A DNA stretch of 64,000 nucleotides from Mobula birostris (Eukaryota): contig NC_092396.1 of NCBI RefSeq assembly GCF_030028105.1, positions 25,299,474 to 25,363,473 of the forward strand. The letters are read 5' to 3'. Within the stretch, counting starts at the first letter, position 1; the number at the start of each line of letters is the position of its first letter. The translations under genes and the position numbers were made by a program. This document shows, piece by piece, positions 60,531 to 64,000 of this stretch. The notes below the pieces were generated by a model, which ran no database searches, was not told the DNA's origin, and was given only the letters and a program-made list of their open reading frames with translations.

Positions 60531-62019
60531 CTTTGGTGCTATGGTAGCAATTTTTTAAAATGCCAAAAAAAAGCTCTCTTTTTCTCTTTTAAAGGCTCTC
60601 TCTTTCTCTTTTAAAGGCTCTCTCTATGATTAAAGGAATTAAATTTTATGGGAATCTGGAACTTGATATCTTCGAGGCTGGTAGAGCCAGAATCTCTCAG
60701 TTTATAGAGTACCAGGATGGGCACTTGATGGGCCATGATGTACAAATCTAAGAGCTGGGCACTTCTACTAGTCCACATGTTTTTTCTGGTCAAAAATGAC
60801 CAAAATCCCACCCATGATATCCAATAAATCATTGTCAAAATTTACAAGTAGAAAGCAAAGTACACTGGTTCTAAAGGCAGTTGTGGCATACAAATCCAAT
60901 GAAAATCCAAAACCAACTTCTAAGTTCAATGAGTGTTTAAATGTTGAAATTTTACAAATTCTTAGCAATATGTTTTCCAAAAGGTTGTTTCACTGTAGAA
61001 TATATAATACACCAGTGCACAATGTAACCCTTTAATTATCGCTCTATTGTTAGAAAACACACAGCTTAATAAATATTAGTTTCTATAAATCATTTTATTA
61101 CATGCTAGAAAATTTGAAACAAGTTTTTATCATGATCAATGTAACTAATACCATAGCTGTGACTTTTCAACTAGTTATTCAAATATCATTTGAGGGAGTT
61201 TCAAAAACTGCCAGATCCATAAAACATTCTGTACACTCCAAAGTGATAACTGCAAAATGGTCTAGGCTGATAAATGAATAACATTCTTTGGAGGAAAAAA
61301 AAGCGCACAAACTTGGATCCATAGTGTGGTGTTGCTGAACAGATATAAAACTACAGTTTTTATTATTAATGTTTAACTCAAAGAATATGGATTTTTAAAA
61401 AAATATTCACTACCTTGTGGACCTTACAGGGCTATTTAGTTCCATAGAGGCCAAAAGAAATGCATGGTGTAATAGTGGTTCAGAATGTAATCATACAGCA
61501 CTACAAGCTACTGCCAAAACCACAAGGGGTGAAATGGGGGAGGAAGGGGTATGCAACATATTTAAAGCCCTTTTAATATTCTGCTGAAATTCTATACACT
61601 GCACATTTTAAGAGTAGCATCTAAATAGAGGTATCCTGTTATTCTATCATGTATTGTTTGAAGTGCTTGCTTTTAAACTGAATCTTAAAAGACACTATTT
61701 CAAAAACATTCTAAGAATGTGATAGTAAATGTTTTCATGTTTTCTGTTATTTGTGTAGTTCAAATCACAACCATTTATACATCTACAAATGTAATAAAAC
61801 TCCAGTTGGTTTATTGTTAAAAATTCACATACACATAGGAAGGAAAGTACAATACTGATTTCAAGAATTCAGTTTACTCCCATTCAAATGTTCATGAACC
61901 CACTACCAAGTATTCTCAATTTCATTAGTCCTTCAAATTTTCAAATAATGCCAAGTCAACCACTTACCATTTAACCACACTCTTAACATCTTTACAAATC
62001 ACAAAAGACATACCTTGTG

Positions 62020-62028
62020 CTCTCTCTT

Positions 62029-62070
<42 letters not shown>

Positions 62071-62072
62071 AC
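62020..62072. repeat. Compound (TC)n(AC)n microsatellite
   Basis: Direct observation. Confidence 0.9.
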
Positions 62073-64000
62073 AATGCAAAAAAACAATTAGTAACCCACT
62101 GTTGTAATAGAATGATTGCCCAAAAAGACCAAAATAGCTAAGAGTTTGTTTCTTCATGGCAAAAGCAAAAGGGTAGTTTGCATTTATAGCAAAGGGTATC
62201 ACTCATATATCATCAGAATCAAAATCATAAAATGAGTTAATATGTTTTATTATACCTTTGGGCTGCAGTCACTCAGATGTCAACAAAAAAGCTATACAAC
62301 AAAGCTGCGCAAGTAGCACAAAGCAGCACCAGGTCTACAAGTGGAACATTTTCTACTTTAGTTTCATATCCAAATGACAATTCACAAGTAGAACAATACT
62401 TATTAAAAAGTAAAAATGTTTTTTAAAAAGTTTAAATTTATAAAATATCATTTTCTGTGAAAAAAGATGAAAAATTTACGCAAGTTTATAAATTTGCAAA
62501 TTCTAGCTGCCATTTGGACAAGATTAAAAAAAAAGCTACAAATTTAGGTTTATAAAAATTCACAACTTATATACAAGATCCTTTTGGTGCAAATCATTAT
62601 TACACCATTCAGAACTGCAGCCCAAGGGTCTAATAGATTATTTTGAACAGAATGCATGCTCTAATTTTATTTTGCACTGTTTGAATGCCACAGTCACTTT
62701 TACAACTCCCGGCTGTTTGATCCTGAAGACAAGGTAATTGCACATTCCGCTATTGGCAGATCCTATATCACAAACCATGTTGCAAATGCAATGTAAAATC
62801 AAGGATATACATTCTGAAAATAATAAACTGCATCACCTTTTAGCTTATTGTAGTTTACCCAAAAAGAAACAAGTAGTGGGTTACTTTTCACAATACATTG
62901 ACCAGAATGGAAATGCTGCTCATGGTGCTACTTTATCCCAACAAGGATGACTGAAAACAAATGTAATGCACATCTCCCAAACTACCTCCGGTAAAAGTAA
63001 TTTACACAAATCATCAAGAGTTGATATGTAAAACTGCTTCAATTATTTTCCTAATGTTGTCAAGGATACCTGGTTGTGCAAATGCCTTATACCCTATCTT
63101 ATTCGTGGCCTTCTGACTACTGCATCAATCACATTTGAGCAAGGCACCCAGTCTAGCATGCAGGCATACTTTCACAAAAAAAACAATTTTGCTCTAAACA
63201 ATGCTCTACAGAGAAAAGCAGTTAGTAAAACCATCAATAAATTCAAACTTCATAGCTGTACAGTTCAGTGCATCAGAACACTTACAGCTTATTCATACAG
63301 TGTACATTTTCATACCTTTCCCTCCCATTCCTACCCCAATGTTTAAAGAACACTGTTTACGAAATAAGCTGTAAAAGCATAAACTCATTTTCAGATGTTC
63401 AAATACATTTTCCTCTTAAATACAAGTTGATTTAATTCCTACCTACGTAAATACGCATAACATACTATTTATGCCCGGAGAATAGGACAGGTTTTCCTCT
63501 CCTGCTCTCCTTCAGTTGGTCTGGAAACACACCCAAGTATCAGGATTGGCATAGTTGTCTCAGTTTCACACTCTAAAATGAACTGCTCTGAAGTCTGCTA
63601 GGGCAAAATGACAGGTGTTGGAATGTGATATAACACTAAATTAGGAATTCCAGTTTTTTTCCTGCATAGTGGAGTCAGCTTTATTTCTCTGTCTGTACTA
63701 TCATGCTGATTCTAGGACACTCATTTACAATTTCAGGGATTATGTTAAAGAAATCCTCTGAAGGTGTTGCAAATGCTAAAGATCTGCAATAATTATTTCT
63801 GTTCCAGTGCTCACATCTCAAACCAAATTGGAACAAAAGGATAAATTTTCTGCCAGTGTCTCCATCTAAATATTGTGCAACTTTTTAGTATTTTTGGTAG
63901 AGAGTGGTGAATGGCATAATTAAAGTTATTAGTATGTCCTTTATTAGTTTCCTCCAATTATTTCTGATAACTACATTGCATTGGGTTAGCAACTACATGA

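Noticed and set aside
60574-60625. 22-bp tandem duplication CTCT..TCTCTTTTAAAGG
   Set aside because: Ordinary slippage duplication in low-complexity sequence; not a CRISPR-like or functional array.

Overview
Vertebrate genomic DNA. The repeat content (dense CR1, Rex1/Babar, Penelope-like and V-SINE elements) suggests a cartilaginous fish such as a ray; this is inference. Three spliced protein-coding genes were reconstructed by hand with consistent splice phases. (1) A multi-exon UTP3/SAS10 on + (14 coding exons visible, 449-19999; first exon upstream of the window). (2) PPCS on - (3 exons, 25567-20887, 325 aa), tail-to-tail with UTP3. (3) ZMYND12 on + (8 exons, 25900-59095, 385 aa), head-to-head with PPCS across a 332-bp promoter carrying three RFX X-box-like motifs exactly 21 bp apart. 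Introns are full of decayed, often nested transposons: CR1, Rex1/Babar, RTE, a Tx1-like fragment, Penelope-like elements with a degenerate hammerhead motif, tRNA/V-SINEs, and hAT, Tigger, Harbinger and Tc1 elements. Most ORFs in the supplied track are transposon remnants or noise. The most notable oddities are a ~650-bp non-coding retroposon family (3 copies; YY1-like 5' end, 3' hairpin and (TCTAA)n tail, no Pol III boxes), a Tx1-like LINE inserted with a clear TSD inside a hAT element, and the intron-rich UTP3 whose human orthologue is intronless. There is a 152-nt assembly gap at 48497-48648.
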